From the NCBI GenBank assembly GCA_964187785.1, contig OZ076409.1, positions 93,250,001 through 93,314,000 on the forward strand: 64,000 nt of DNA. The letters run 5' to 3'. Positions 1 to 14,173 of the stretch are shown here, in pieces. How positions within the stretch are numbered: position 1 is the first letter of the stretch; every line of letters starts with the position of its first letter. Under the pieces are notes generated by a model. The model was not told the origin of the DNA. It ran no database searches and saw only the letters and a program-made list of their open reading frames with translations. Both the position numbers and the translations under genes were made by a program. Source of the stretch: Amphiscolops sp. MND2022 (taxonomy: Eukaryota).

Positions 1-73
1 GCTCACGAAATCAAAATTTCTGAAAAAACCTTTAGTTTTCAAAAATTTGCCGATCGTATTTTTGAAATAAAAA

Positions 74-839
74 CAAAGATGGGAACGTCGAAAGTCGGCG
101 CTATACCTGAAAGGTTAAAAAGTGCAAAGTTTTCAAAATATGCCCAGGACGTTTTTCATGCAAAACTCAGAAACAGTTTCAAAACACCCAACGGTTGGCT
201 TCGTGCTCGGAAAACGCTTCAGAAGTTCACATATAGCCTGCTGAGCAAATGAGAGGTTTTGTTTTGATCCCGCGCCTCCTCATCAGTGAAACGCAAATTT
301 CTTCCGATATAACGTCAAACATCCGGATTGTATTGGAAAATATCATTGGTGGATGTATATTGCGACAACGTAATATCAGAGGAAAATGAGAATTTTGAAA
401 GTCTGATAGTGCCGCAAAGTGTAGATGGCTAACCCTGTGGATCATATTTTTATAAAATCCATATTATTGCAAATTATCAAAAAATTGAAGGGTTGGTATC
501 TATTGAGAAAACTTAATATCAGACGAAAAAAATTGAATAGTATCAGTGCCGACAAAATCTAAAAGGGGCAAAGTCTTAGGGATTTTTTAACTATAATTTG
601 GCAGAAAAAATCTCACAAAGCTGAAAAAGAGGTAGGTCCCACAGTGCCGATGAATTTGAAAGAAGTGGGCTTCTGCTTTGGAATGTAAGAGACTCTGGAT
701 GCGTTCAAAATCACGTATTAAGTACTTTTGGTGAAAGCGCACTTAGTGCACAAAAATTGGACCATTCAAAGTGACACTGAAAAAAAACTAGTCACTGTAA
801 TAGTCTTTTTTCTTAATGGAAAAGGAGTCGACTAAAAAA
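74..839. mobile_element. Non-autonomous dispersed repeat, Helentron/HINE-like family (copy)
   Basis: One end GATGGGAACGTCGAAAGTCGGCG (hairpin plus sub-TIR), other end GAGTCGACTAAAAAA; same termini as copies at 1319, 8963, 14174, 58445. Boundaries approximate. Confidence 0.5.
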
Positions 840-1318
840 CAGCTTACGTTTGAGCAAATCAGCTATAATTGGTTCAAAGAGATTCACCTGTTCTGTCGTT
901 CTCAAAATCCCTCGAAATAATCAGTGATACGGTGACAAAAACTTATACAAATTTGAAGAAAAAATCAAGCTTAGTTGTCCGAAATTTCCGTAATACTCAT
1001 CACACGAGTTTCAAACAATAAAGAACATGAATGAGATTGAATTTCAAGAAGCGTTTCACTATGAAATTCATCAATCAACTGATAGTCAGTACTTTATATT
1101 TATGCAGCATGTACCTATCAATTAGGTTTGACAGTCACTGTTTTTAGTTGGCGCTTTCAGGAAAAAGGTACAAGATTCTTACTTTGGCAGATTTTTTGCA
1201 GATGTTCAGTTCGTTCAACACCTTTAGTGGTTTCATACCGTCCATTTGACCTATTAAATAAAGTGGGAGACTAAGTGCGCGGGCTCAAATCCCGGCTGGA
1301 CAAATTTTTAGATATAAA

Positions 1319-1915
1319 CAAGCCGGGAACGTCCCAAGTCGGCGTCATATCTAAGGCTCAATAATATTCAAGGAAAAACTCATTCTTTTGTGAAGTTTTT
1401 CATTTATCACAGTGCCGAAAAAACCCTGAAAAGGTTCTCCCCGAAACTCGAAAACAGTTTTTTTTCTGCACTGGAAACATCAGAGAAAACTAATTTTCTT
1501 TGCAAAAAAATTAAAATTTTTCAAAAAGTGTTTGGTAAAAAAGTCGCATAATGCCGAAAAACCCAAAAAGAGACCCTTTAGATTCATTAAACGTTTTTAC
1601 AAACCGACAACTTCAAAAAAATGAAGGGGGTACCTCTTGATAGATTTCGGAAAAAAAATTGTATAAATGTCACATAGTGCCGAAAAAAAGTCGCATAGTG
1701 CTTTTGGTCTACCCTCTACTTTTGGAAACAAAAAAAACTTGTGGTTTAGTGCGAGACTCGAACCCTACGTTCTCCTTCTGAAAGTCTGAAGCTTCTGAAA
1801 GTCTGAACAGAAAACGTCTGAATGAACAGAAGAAGTGGACCGATCGCGTTGAACTGACGAAAAAAACTAGTTGCTGTGAGAGTCGTGCATTTTCTTCGAA
1901 AACGCCGACTAAAAA
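1319..1915. mobile_element. Helentron/HINE-like non-autonomous repeat (copy)
   Basis: CAAGCCGGGAACGTCCCAAGTCGGCG at left (GGGAACGTCCC hairpin plus AGTCGGCG); CGCCGACTAAAAA at right; internal AGTGCCGAAAA repeats. Confidence 0.55.
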
Positions 1916-2819
1916 TGTAAATGAGACCAAGGGTCTCGCCTTTGATGTTTTTACTTGCCGCTGTATGTTTTTTCTTTTTAAAAAATAATGTTTCATTGTT
2001 TTCAGTCAAGAAAGACCTCTTTTCGAGTCTCAAAGGTGCTCTTTCAAGTGTTTTTTTCCGGCACTATCAAGATTGATTAAAAAATGCATAGTAGTTGTCC
2101 TTCGGCATTAAAAAAAGGACTTTTTTGATCCTTAGGCGGGCGCTGACGGGCCGATCCCAGTTTGTTGGTGGTGTATACAGTTTTTTATGTTCACTGAAGA
2201 CTCACCCTAAAAACAGTTTTAACAGTTTTAATTACCGATTTATGAAAATTGGAATTCATGAAATGCACCAGAGGTTTAAATTCCTATAAAAAGTTTCCTG
2301 TGAGCATTTCAACCAACGGGTCGTTTAGATGTTGATGGATGATATTTGCATTCCTTCACTAAATGATTAAAATTCTTGGTAATTTTTTCACCCTTCACAT
2401 GCGTAAAATTATGTGAAAAGTTAAAACACGGAAACCATTAGTAGTTCATAATGATTTTGTAGAATTGCATCGAATGAAAGTAAAATAGGGCGTTTCAGGA
2501 ATTCCAAAAAAGTAGTTTTAGTGTGAGGGAAAAGAAAAAAGCCAATTATTAAAGCTCCTTAAACTGAGAGGCCGCAATAAGTAACTCGAAAAAGTGATGA
2601 CGTATAGGCGTTATTATAATCAGATGTTCCTTGATTCGAATTTCGTTTTTGGAATATACTTTTTATCTCGAGCCATGCATGTATCGATCTGATCTTTTGC
2701 CAGCCATCTATGTGGACATAATGGTTCCCATTGAAAATAATCTGTAAACATTTATTCATTACACCATGTCCCTAACAGCGGTTTTTGTAAACAGGCGTTT
2801 TCGATGTTTCTGACTTTAG

Positions 2820-3986
2820 AAACGGAATGGAGAAAAACGGTGGTGGCTCGGATGCCATTGAAATCATTGCCTCGGAGAAGGCCGAGCGCCTGGCACCCCT
2901 CAGCCGAGGAGACCCGAACAGGAACCGAGAGGCTATCAGGAAGTACACGAACGGTCGCTACAGAGCCACCTGCTTGCTCGTTCTCACGGTGATGAGTCAT
3001 ACTGCACTCTGCATCCCATTCATAATCAACCAGGTCCTCAGTTTCACCAAAGTCGGATTTTATCCAGGTATGTCTGCCAGAAGTGGATACCCAGGGTTTC
3101 ACTACATGCAATGCTTGCTAAGACTGTGCTGCAAATCTTGACAGGATCTTACTAAGTATATCAGGGGAGTTTGTTGAAGTATGAGCTAAAGTTTATGCCA
3201 AATTATGTGAATATAATTGAATTCCACACTTGTGAAATTATGCTAAAAGTTATGTTAAATGGTCAAGATATGTTGAAAAATTGTCATAAATTGGAAGCTA
3301 GGTGTTGTATGAAATCAACAAAATAAAGTGAAACAGAGTGTTTTAGGAATTGTTAAAAAGTACATTCAGTTTTTAAAGTTAGATAAAAGTTAATCCCGTG
3401 GGGAGGAAAATGAGCCATATTATAATCATGCAAGATCGTACACAGCGTACCATGTCTTTATGCAGCTGTATCATATACATTTGAAACAATTCACCTCTAA
3501 CTTGAAGTCTCAAATGCTTGTTTTTGAAAATATCAGCTGACAGCTCACAATCAATTTTTCAATAATGTAAGGGAAGAGATTGCACGTAACTTAATTTATA
3601 ATTAACCCAAATCATTATAAAGTTTTTGTTTCAAATTGGGATGAATTTCACCCAAGTTCTTTGTACTGGGTGAAATACTGAAAAAGACTTAGCTTTCTCT
3701 CAATTTTCGTAGCATTTACATGTTTTGAGCACTCGGTATTGAAGAATTTAACTTTAGAGAAATCAAAGATTTGCTGGTTACCCAGCATTGTTTAGTACCC
3801 TGATCATTGTATTATCTCGCATCTCTAGGCACCCCAGCGGAAGAAAACCTCACCCTGTTCTGTACTCCCATCCTGGTGACCTCCAGTGCAGTGGTTCCTA
3901 TCTTGTACCTGGCAATCAGCAACTACCATCGACCAATCCCTGGAAAGACCGAAGGCCAAAGGCAGAGAAGCTCTAATTTGAATTGA
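2820..3986 (+). CDS. Last two exons of a probable host rhodopsin-like (class A) GPCR: ICL3-TM6 (2820-3067) and TM7-C-tail (3829-3986)
   Basis: Exon 2820-3067 (tttag|...ccag|gtatgt) encodes RYRATCLLVLTVMSHTALCIPFIINQVL, TM6-like with CxPF. A phase-1 splice to ctctag|gc at 3829 gives GTPAEENLTLFCTPILVTSSAVVPILYLAISNY...* (TM7-like; SAVVPILY in place of NSxxNPxxY). Upstream exons not identified. Confidence 0.55.
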
Positions 3987-6849
3987 ACAAATCAACAAAA
4001 TATTGCAACCGAAGTTGCAATGAATCACATTTTTCATATGATGAAACGTTTGCTATAACATTTAGAATGTATACAAATTCGTACAGTTTTTTTGAACAAA
4101 ACCTCTGAATTTTTGCGGGAACAAGTTTCTAAGATGAAGTGCAATAGGTGGACAAAAATCTCAGCTGGTTTGAAATGATCAAGATATATTTTGTTTTTTG
4201 TTCACGCATCCGTTCATTTTTGCTATCTCTAACCATGGGAAAGCACGTCTCGCTTGAGATTCAACAAAAAGTTTCCGGAAAAATATTGTAGCAAGTGAAT
4301 TCTGTTTCTTTTCCTCTTTTTCTTTGACTGTATGGGGTTATAAGAGACACTTCCTTTGGAAAATTATGTTTGTCAAAAACAGGTCCCTCAACCTAGCAAA
4401 AAATTAACTCAATTGCATCATGTTAAAAATCTCCAGTTCAATGTTATTGGTTGGTTTGAGCTTCTCTGTCCGGATAAAGGATCACATTCAAATCTAACAA
4501 CTCCCGACCGCAGAGCTATCGTTCAGCACACACTGCTCAATCGAAACATAGCGTCACCTCAAAGGTTTCCTACTCACGAAACATTTGAGCCACCCACGCA
4601 GCTAATTACAGTGAATAGAAATTTCTGAATACAGCAACATTTTAATACCCTGTTCAGAGCCCAGAATTGATGAAAATGCGTCTATTGCCATCTCGTGGGA
4701 TAAGCGGAAACCTCATCAAACACGATTTGTCGAAGTCAAAGTGCGGAACACTTGTAAAAAAAGAAATGCTTATTGGCCAAAGTGCTAAAAAGCGCCCTTT
4801 AAGCAGATATAACCCATTGTACTAGGTGAACTGTAAAAAGGAACACATAAAATTTTAAATTTTTGAGCAATCAATTATTTCAAATATTTGTCAACAAACA
4901 TTTTAAATCAATTTTGGACAACATTGAAAACTTTCCTTCGAATGAAAAAAAAACTTTCACACATCAAAAGTGAGAACGAATTGACTGATAAATATGAGGA
5001 GACATTTTCTGAATCTTTCAACTTGAAATTGAGACTTGATTGAAAAATAAACGTAATTACAGCTTCAGTTTGAAAGAAAAAAGTTTACAAATATCACGAC
5101 TTTGTTCCGTTTTTTGGTTCACTTAGCAAAGGCGTCTTTTCAAAAACACAAATCAGCATTTAAAATTCATTTCTTAAACGCGTTTTTTCTTTCAATGCAC
5201 CGGAATTTGTAATTGCAAGATCTTAACTTCTTTCAAAAATTTTTGCAACATTTTTGAAATGAATGCATTTGAGATCAATCAACTAGGGAAAATCTAATTA
5301 TTCGGACTGAAGAAGATTCGCCTTTTTTCCAATAAAACAATTAGTTGTAGATTTTCTGTGAACAATCATTGGTGTGATGATCAAATAAACTCTTGTATTA
5401 ATTCTTGATAAAATGAAATCGATAGTTTATTGCTATCTCATTCATCCATTATCAAAGAGCAGTTTTTATTGGTGTCGTGAATCCGTTTTTATTGATGTTT
5501 AAGCCGTGTCTATTTTTTTCATTAAAAGAACCTGATCAATTTGGTTCGCGAATTTTCAACATTTGAAAAATGTTGTTCCAATTTCCAGTCCCATGCTTGA
5601 TCCTTGTATGGGCTATGTTAATTGCGAATATGATCCAGAAATGGGATGTGTTGATTAAATACATGATCCAAGTTTCCGTAAGCAACCCAAAACCCAAAAA
5701 TGCAGATGCAGATTAATCTACATAAAATCGGACTTGATATGAAAACAGCATTTTTTATCTTTCGAAGTCCCTAAGGCCATACTAATCACTACGCCATGAT
5801 TTTTGTGAGAAGAGACTTCTATGGATCAAGTTTTGGGATCTAAAAAACCTTTTAAATTGCCATAGCCTTTTTGCGCTTTTTTTATGGAGCTCCAGAGTCC
5901 TTTTCAATCTCGTTTTAATTGTCTTTAAAAAGCTTTCCATAAAAACGTTTCCATGAATGATCCGTGCTTGATCCATGCATTATCATTCATTGTGTGTTAT
6001 ACGGCTCATCCGAATAATATGACATGATTATAAAACTGTTATATCATTTTATGTTTGTTGTATTTAAATTTTTTATACAAAGTGACAATAACAATTCTAG
6101 AGCAAACCCTATTTTGCGAGAATACAACCCTGTGAACATGGAAGTACCATTGGCACACATAGAAACGCATGGAACATTAATATGTGTATCGTTGACCTGT
6201 CACTGAAAGGTTTCGGATTTAGAAAAAGAGCTTTTGATCGTTTTCAAAAATTAGCTATGTTAGCTTTCAAAAGTTAGCTATATTACCACGAAATCCAAAG
6301 TTGATATTTTTTCTGAAAAACTTAACGTTGCAGGTTTTATGAATCCTTGAATGGATGTTTCTTGTACGATGTTCAGGCATGTTTATAACTAAATAATAAA
6401 TTGTTATTTTTCAAAATATATATATCGTGGAATGCCATTTATCAATCATGAACTCTCCTCTCTCTCTCTCTCTCAATCATAAAATACCGCTTTTGGAGCT
6501 ACTTTCAGTTAAATGGAAAATCATGTTTCAAATGCAATTGATTGTTTTGTATTTTCTGTTATTTCTAGAGCTTATATAAAAGCAATTAGTGTTGGTATTT
6601 GATGCGTAATTTCATGTGAAATTTCAAAGTGAATGTAGAGAAAACCTTTTATTCTTAGACGTTGTTTGAAACTCTTCAAAGCCAAAACCCTGCAGTTTAT
6701 AAGTACATATTGATATAAATAAATGTTCTAGTTTTCCCAGTTTTCAACTTTTTCTGACCTAAGTTGTTGTTAGCCAAAGGTATTCTGAATATGCTCATTT
6801 TGTCTAATACTATACTAGAAAATAAGGTTTGGTCACAAGAATGTGCTTA

Positions 6850-7488
6850 CCCTTGTCGAGAAAAAAAGCATGTCTTGCAAGATTCTTGCAAGACAATCAT
6901 GAAAAATGTAAATCTTGCAAGATTCTGGCAGAAAAAGCAAATCTTGCAAGAATCTGACAGAAAAGTCATATCTTGCAAGAATCTTGCAAGATTCTTGAAA
7001 GACTTGCATCACCAAGAAGAATTTCTTGCAAGATTTACATCACTATGCAGACAAAAATTCTGCTGCAAATTGAGAAGTTTCTATGGCTGTAAACATAACG
7101 CATTAAAATAGAAACAAAGCTCAAAACCACCTATTTTTATTTGTTTGGGATGTTAAAAAAGTCTTCTTGAACGGCTCTGATTCAATGCTCACTAGAAGTG
7201 CATCGAACTCTATCGGATGAACCCCAAACAGAAAAGAAATCTTTTCAGCATTGAACCATTTTCAGTTTTGAAGGGAATGACTGTTTCAATTGCCAAAATA
7301 TCTTGAGGAGGGGCAGCCTATGGAACGGAGTCTTGGAAGAAAATTTGAACCTTGCAAGATTCTTGCAAGATGACACAAATCTTGCAAGATTCTTGCAAGA
7401 AATCTGCCAGGTTAATGCATTCACTTGCAAGATCTTGCAAGAAAGTCTGCCAGAATCTTGCAAGATTTGTGTTTTTTCCCAACCAGGG
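6850..7488. mobile_element. MITE with imperfect TIRs, TA TSD and CTTGCAAG palindrome arrays
   Basis: TA|CCCTTGTCGAGAAAAAA ... TTTTTTCCCAACCAGGG|TA; many AATCTTGCAAGATTCTTGCAAG repeats near both ends. Confidence 0.65.
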
Positions 7489-8078
7489 TAGCATTGATCG
7501 GTTTCATTTATTTTTGCACTTTTTCAGTTCTGAGTTATTTTATTGGCCCATACAGCATTTGAGGACACTTTGTAGGTTCCGAGCATCTTGGAGCCGCTCT
7601 GTAGGCAATGTTTCAGAGGAGATATTGATCAGTCAAATCAAACAATTGTCCGAAAAAAAAAACAAAATTCGAGGCAAATGCCCACGAAAACCTACAAAAT
7701 TTCGTGGGTAATTTGGGTTTAACTTCCTTGATGTTACTCTGAAAACTCGCCGAACTGTAGAGAAATCCTAATAAATACCTGAAAAATAGTGACCCAGTAT
7801 GAAAACATTGAGCATGAAAATTCCACTAAGCAGCTCCCAAAAACTTGATAAATTAGCCTTGTACGCTATAAAAGCATGCAAAACTGTGGAGCGATTTCAA
7901 CAAGGAAAATCAGTAGCGAAGATAGTCGGCATGTAAAGTTCAGGACTCTTTGGTTATGGGCGGCAAGTTAGCGTGAAGGTTTTTGCAATATTTTGTGTTT
8001 TATGACCACCGCAAACGTGTTTTATTGGTCCCCGGTGAGGCTGTCATGGGAAAAATGGTGATCAAGGATGGATTATAA

Positions 8079-8146
8079 TAGATAACCAATGGATAGGTGA
8101 CAACCAAGTGTATACACTTGGTTGTCACCTATTCATTGGTTATCTA
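8079..8146. repeat. 68-bp loop-less palindrome (1 mismatch)
   Basis: TAGATAACCAATGGATAGGTGACAACCAAGTGTA|TACACTTGGTTGTCACCTATTCATTGGTTATCTA. Confidence 0.9.
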
Positions 8147-8962
8147 CAGAATATAGAATTGTACAATGTCAAGCCCTAAAAACAAATATAAACAAAACAC
8201 AAAATGTTGATTAATTTGTCCTTTTTGGAATGGCGTTTGTGTACCAAACACTAATTGGGATTACAACAATTTTTGCTCATAATTTCTCTCCTTGGACCTG
8301 GGGGTAGGTACGAAAAGGAAAATCAAATACATCATCGCTCTTTAAATGTGACCTGAAAAATGTATCCTGTCCCCAGAGACTGCTAGAGATTTCCCTAGTC
8401 GAGATTGCTTGAAATTTTACATGCTGCATGGAAACATGCAGGCTAATTTTTTTCACAAAACATGGAAAATTGCAGAAGCCAGCATGGAAACATTTTGTAG
8501 GATTACAATACAGCCTCCACTATTTGAATTAAAACTGAAAACATTTCCAGTTCTTCACAGCCGCGATGACTTTCTTTTCCGGCGTAAGCTCAAACAAGTA
8601 CCTTATGTAATCACCTTATTTAGTCAAATAGCACTCTATATATGATGCTTTTTTGAAACCTATAATGTGACTGACATTTATTTGCATTGAAATCGCGGTA
8701 AAATTAAAAAAATTAAAATCGCAGGTCTCACCTGCTTTCAAAATTAGAACGGCGTCTTAATGAAACCTGAAAATCTCTGCGGCGCAGAATTGCCGCCAAA
8801 TTTAGGATGCAACTTATAGACAGCTTGATAAAAGTAAATCGCATCAGTGAAGTTTTAATGCATGGACGTTTCTTAAAGAATTTTGTAAATCAAGGAAAAA
8901 AGCGTGGTAATCTTTAAAAATAAGTAAAAAGTTCAAGCAGTTCCAATCAGGGTTTCTTTACC

Positions 8963-9443
8963 TTTTTAGTCGGCGCTTTTCTTAAGAAAAGAGCCCGACT
9001 ATTACAGTCACTCGTTTTTTTCTTTTTTTTTATTTAAGACAGACTCGAAGCGACGAACGTTAACGTTCAACTAAAGGAAACTTAATACCAGGGAAACGCA
9101 TGTAAAAGATTCCAAAGGATCCCCCTTTGGTTTTTTACTTTTTAAACGTTACCTACAAGCACGGACGGGACTGAAGGGTCCCCCTTTCGATTTTTTTCGG
9201 CACTGTCCGACTTTTTTTCGAAATTTTTTTTGTGTCCCCAAAGGGTCTTCCCTTTGAGTTTTTTGTTATTTTGCTACAGAATGCGTGTCTATAAATCAAA
9301 AAGGGTCCCCCTTTTACATTTTTCGGCACTGCGCGACATTTTCCGAAAGAATTTTTTTTCGAAAATTTCAAGTTTTTTTCCAAAAAAATGTTTTGCACTT
9401 TTTGAGCCTTAGATATAGCGCCGACTTGAGACGTTCCCGTCTT
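8963..9443. mobile_element. Helentron/HINE-like non-autonomous repeat (copy, opposite orientation)
   Basis: TTTTTAGTCGGCGCTTTTC..GAAAAGAGCCCGACT (5' sub-TIR with adjacent inverted copy) ... CGCCGACTTGAGACGTTCCCGTCTT (3' sub-TIR plus hairpin). Confidence 0.55.
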
Positions 9444-11260
9444 ATTTGTACTTCTTGTCATAACAAACAGTTATAATAAAAATATAACAACCATATAAGC
9501 CAGTCAAGACTTTACTTGTCGGAGCCACCAGTCCATCTACTAGTGCATTAAAGTTTATTAATTAAGTGCATTTGTCTTGCATTAGTCTATGTATGTGTAT
9601 GTGGTCGAGCGTTTCCTAGCATGGATTAACAAGACGAGAACAAAGACATGACAAAGGGGAACCCTCAAAATTTGTTATCATGCCACTTGAGGCGCAAAAT
9701 GCGTAGAGTTTAAAGCACATGCTTACACTTTCCTCAAGAAAAACATCAAAGGGTGCCTTTCGTGTTCACAAAACACTTCAAACGTTCGAATGCAGCGTGC
9801 TGGGCCACATGGAAGAGCTTTGTTTGAATCTCGGCCTCTACCTTAAAAAACGCAATAAAATTCGATAAGTGGTCAAAAAGTGGATATAGCGGAATATTTT
9901 TGAACCTCGACCGCCTCCTTGTGGAGCACAGTTCCTTCGGGTTAATGTCAAAAACTCGGATAGTTTCGAAAAATATATGTATTGTTTTACATTTTTTTTT
10001 CAGAGGAAAATTAGAATTTTGAATGTCTGGTAGTGCCGCAAAGTGTAGATGGGGACCCTGTGGGCTTTTAAATATCCCTATTGTTTCAAAATATCATAAT
10101 ATTTGAAGCGGGCCTTTGAACAAATTTTCGAAACAATGTCTCATTGTGCCAAAAACTGAAAAGGGGACACTTTAGTCTCGTTCGGACTTGTATGGTACGT
10201 TGAAAACGGAATAAAAGGGGATCCTTTGCTCTAATTTAGATGCGTTTCCATTGGCCGGACTTTGCCGGTCCAGTATTTAAGTAGTTTCTGTAAGTAGTGT
10301 CCACAACTCATGCATTCAGTTATCTAACAAAAAACATTTCTTCTGAAACAGTCACGCAATTTTTCTGGTAAAATGCGCCGACTAAAATTAATTCTGAAGC
10401 TTGCAGATTAGCAAAAACTAATACCTGCATGTATGTCTAAGATGAAAATGTCGTTTGGAAATGAGTGTTCACCAAAAGCATTACCTAACCCTTTTCTGTC
10501 ATTTTTTCTGGATTTTCATGAATTCCTAACAAAACATTTTATTCGAATCTTGGATAACATTCAATGAAGATTTTTCCTCACTATTCATTGTTCTATAAGA
10601 ATCTTGTTTTCTCAACGATTAAAGTTTCCAAGTGTCGGAGCCACAGCGCTGCGATGGAGCCCCAGTGCAACCTTGAGCTAACAGAAGGTAGCCCAATCCA
10701 CCTAAACATGGGAAACACGTTTCATTTTATACCTATTGGAAGTCATGTAAACGCTAAGTGTTTTCCCCATTCGAAGGTCTAATGATCCGATGCTAATGTA
10801 AAATTGATAACCTGAATGTCATTTTGCAATGAAAATTTGAAATTCCGAGTTGTTTCGTCTTTGTTGGAATGGCAGTGTTTTTGCTGTTCCATCCATGTGG
10901 TAATGAACATTTTCACTCACTTTTGCCATGCGGCATTTTGCAGTTTGAAGACTGCCGCCAGTGTGGCAGCATACATTTTTGCACAATATCACTACACTAT
11001 GTGGCAGTATGCGGGTTTAACAGTGACGCTTATGCCGTATCATGCTTTTTGTCCGCATACGGTATCTTACGTTTAACCTAGTGATGTACACGTGGTGCTA
11101 TGCGTTTTCAACAAAATTAGCTGCGCTGTATAGATAATGCATGTACGAAGCGATCTATCATATGGAATAACTTTGAACGATTTTTCATATTCTTTTCTAG
11201 GCTCCAATAGGCCCGCTAAGTGTGTTTTTTTTCCCAGCAATGACTCCCTTAAAGAAGGGA

Positions 11261-12024
11261 TGTCATGCCTTCATTTTTGACACCAGAAGTGCGATAAGAG
11301 AATCAATCATTCTTAAATTTTCCTCCACCAACTGCAGTCGTCTCATAAATATACCTTCATCGCCCAATCTGTAAACGTTTCTTCAAACAATTTTGATCAT
11401 CATGTGATCTCTGTTTCATCAATTCATCGCAGAAATTCAATTGTTTTTCCTCTCCAAAACTCTGTTTTCAATTGAGAAGAGATGGGAAATAAAAGAAACA
11501 GACAATCTAGGAAATTAGAGACACCTTCCGCACAGCGAGGAATGAACAACACCCAGATAGAAACATCTAATACAGGTAAAAATACGTTGACTCTTTCGAA
11601 AGTTAATGTTCAGGAAGGTCTAGGTGATAATAGCTTAGAACATCAGCTAGCCGAATCCAGCCAGACTAGTAACGAAATACAAGTTGGACACAGATATTGC
11701 AACAAAATAGTTATGACAGGAATATTAAAATGAGGGAAGAAATGGACAATAAACTAGAAACTATCCTGAGAGAAATTAGAACTAACAAAACTTTATCAAC
11801 ACCCGCAAATCCCAGATCACAAAAAATAGAAACGCTAAATGCACAACAAATATTTGTTCGCGCACCAAATATTGAAAAGTCCAACTCAGAAAATGAAGGT
11901 CATCCTCCTAAAGCCCCTGAGTCTAAGAATTTGAGGCATCCGGCACAACCTCTATACCGTAATGAGTTAGATCTGGACGCAACAATAATTTCAAATGATG
12001 ACTCAGAGGAGGAGGATTATTACA
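11261..12024 (+). mobile_element. Probable 3'/isolated LTR of a second Gypsy family, containing a decayed gag-like N-terminal ORF
   Basis: Purine tract AAAGAAGGGA immediately precedes TGTCATG (same first 7 nt as the large element's LTR). Ends ...GATTATTACA. Contains frameshifted ORFs 11482-11733 and 11697-12032 (MGNKRNRQSRK...MREEMDNKLETILREI...DSEEEDY) that run off the CA end. No TSD or partner LTR seen. Confidence 0.45.
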
Positions 12025-14173
12025 CCAACTAGTCTGTAATAACAAGTATGTAATAACAGTTCAGTAAAAAATCGCTTGAGAGCGTTCAAAAGGATTGAGA
12101 TGCATTAAGGACAGTTCTTTTCTGTTGCGTTGATAGGGTTTCGTCCATGATCATCCTAGCATCGTGGTTTTCCGTTTGTGATCAACCATGGTAAAAAATC
12201 TTTTTGATCTTAGATCATTCATAGCAATTTGTAGTTTTATACGAAATCTTGAATGATTCATCTACATTTTCCCATTATCAATGATTAATCGATGAGTTCA
12301 TAATGGGAAGTCTCTACAGGTGAACCGGGGCACACTCTCTAATTGGAATAGAGCTCAGAAACATTGCGCAAAAACATGTCCGAATTTTAGACGTTATATC
12401 CGAAGTAAGTTCCGTTTTGCTAAGAACGAGGTAGAGATTCAAAAATATTGCACCATGTCTGGCAGTTTGACGTTATACCCGAACTAAATTGCGTTATACT
12501 AAGGAATGACCGAGGTTCGAAAATATTGCGATATAGTCGACTGTTTGTTGTTATAACAAAGTAAACTGCGTTTTACTAGTTTTTGCTTGCAAAAAGAGAG
12601 GTAAGAGCGAAATGTCCACCTGTGGTTTCCTGTCGGTCTTTCTAATTCGTTTCTCGAAGCTTCCATTTTACCAGAAACGAAACGTTCTGCGAGCATAGAG
12701 GACTCCATGGGGTTTTTCGGTAATGTGCGACTAACCAAGGTCATCTTTTAAAAAATTGTTCCTCTACTTTTGGTTTTTTGAGAGGTTTTCGGTTAAGGAA
12801 AACCGTTTTCTCATTTTAAGGACTAACTTTTGACTGTTTTTTAGTCATGTGGGACTGATGATTGTTTTTTTTCGAAAAATTGTGCAAACAGTTGGCTTTC
12901 CTTAAAATGGTTCCCCCTTACTTTTTAGAAGAATTTTAGGCTTGGACAAACCGTTTTGAGAATTTAAAGGTTCTCCGATGGGGTTTTTGACTCTATGTGA
13001 CATTTCAGAAAAACAATTTCGAAAATTAGATCAAAATTTGAGTGTTTTTGATGTTTCTAGATAAGAAAAAAGCGGTTTTCGACTTTTATGGGAATCCGTC
13101 GTGTATTGTTTCTCACTGTAAATTTGAGGAACACAGTCACAATAGAATCTCTTAGCATATTCATTTTCTCTCTTTGAACCTTGAGGGGGGCGCCAACTCG
13201 AACCGTTTCCGACTTGCTAAGTGCAACTAAGATGTTGTCAATTTTATCGTCATTTGAAAGACACATAACAGAAGTCACTTTATGAACAGACACTTTATGA
13301 ATTAGCGTCGTATTCGAAAGCGGTGATTACATCAGAAAAGTACTTCAGAAGTCAAAGTGTGAATGCAGCGTGATTGTGTCGGTAACGAATTTTGAGATTT
13401 TGCCGACTTTAATTTCAATAGTGGAAACTGCACTGTAATTCTAGAAATTTTACCACCATTTTTAATCAAAAATTACCATGCATAAGGGCCTACATCATGT
13501 AAAAATGTGCAACAGTCTCAACTAGGCTCCCGTTGCCAAAATCTATCAAAGAGAGAGTTTTTGATATCTTTCAGAGTTTGAAAACATTGCTGTAATGCTA
13601 GTGTAATTAACCAGGTCTGGAAACGTCCACGATAAGACATAATATTAAGCTGTATACATAGTGTTCAAAGCTACTGCCTATAAATGTGTAAAAAACGTAA
13701 AAACCTTGACCTGGGAAAATTCATTATCAGAGATCACGTTCGGGAAGAATTTACGTGTTACATCTTGCTTTTTTCCTCAGGACCGCCGTGAGAATAGTTA
13801 AAAATGTTCCAAGGATAAACAGTGTAAATTTCCATTTCCAAGGTGAATCGGAATATCGTCTAAAATTGCAAAAACTAGTTCTGGGGCTAGTAAATAGACC
13901 TGATGACACAGAATATACATCAAAGCACGCATAAATATGGCAGACCATACATCTCTCGGTTTTCTCGCTCTGTCTGCTCTCGTCCTCGATTTGCATTGAA
14001 AAATGGTGGAAACAGCGAAAAGAGCAATGACATGATTAGTGCCACGACACACATCGAATTAGAATTTTTCACCGAATTTCTGAACATGTCCAAACTCCAA
14101 AATCGAGTGATTTTGGTGTACCAGAGGGTGCCGTTACAGAAATTCAAAGTAACATTGCCATGAATATATACAA

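Noticed and set aside
6764..7711. ORFs with repeated NLARFLQ / LQDSCK
   Set aside because: Translation artefacts of the CTTGCAAG palindrome arrays in a MITE.
13751..14163. Hydrophobic minus-strand fragments resembling GPCR TM4-TM5
   Set aside because: Needs a frameshift, has no clear splice sites or diagnostic motifs, and abuts a repeat; too weak to call.
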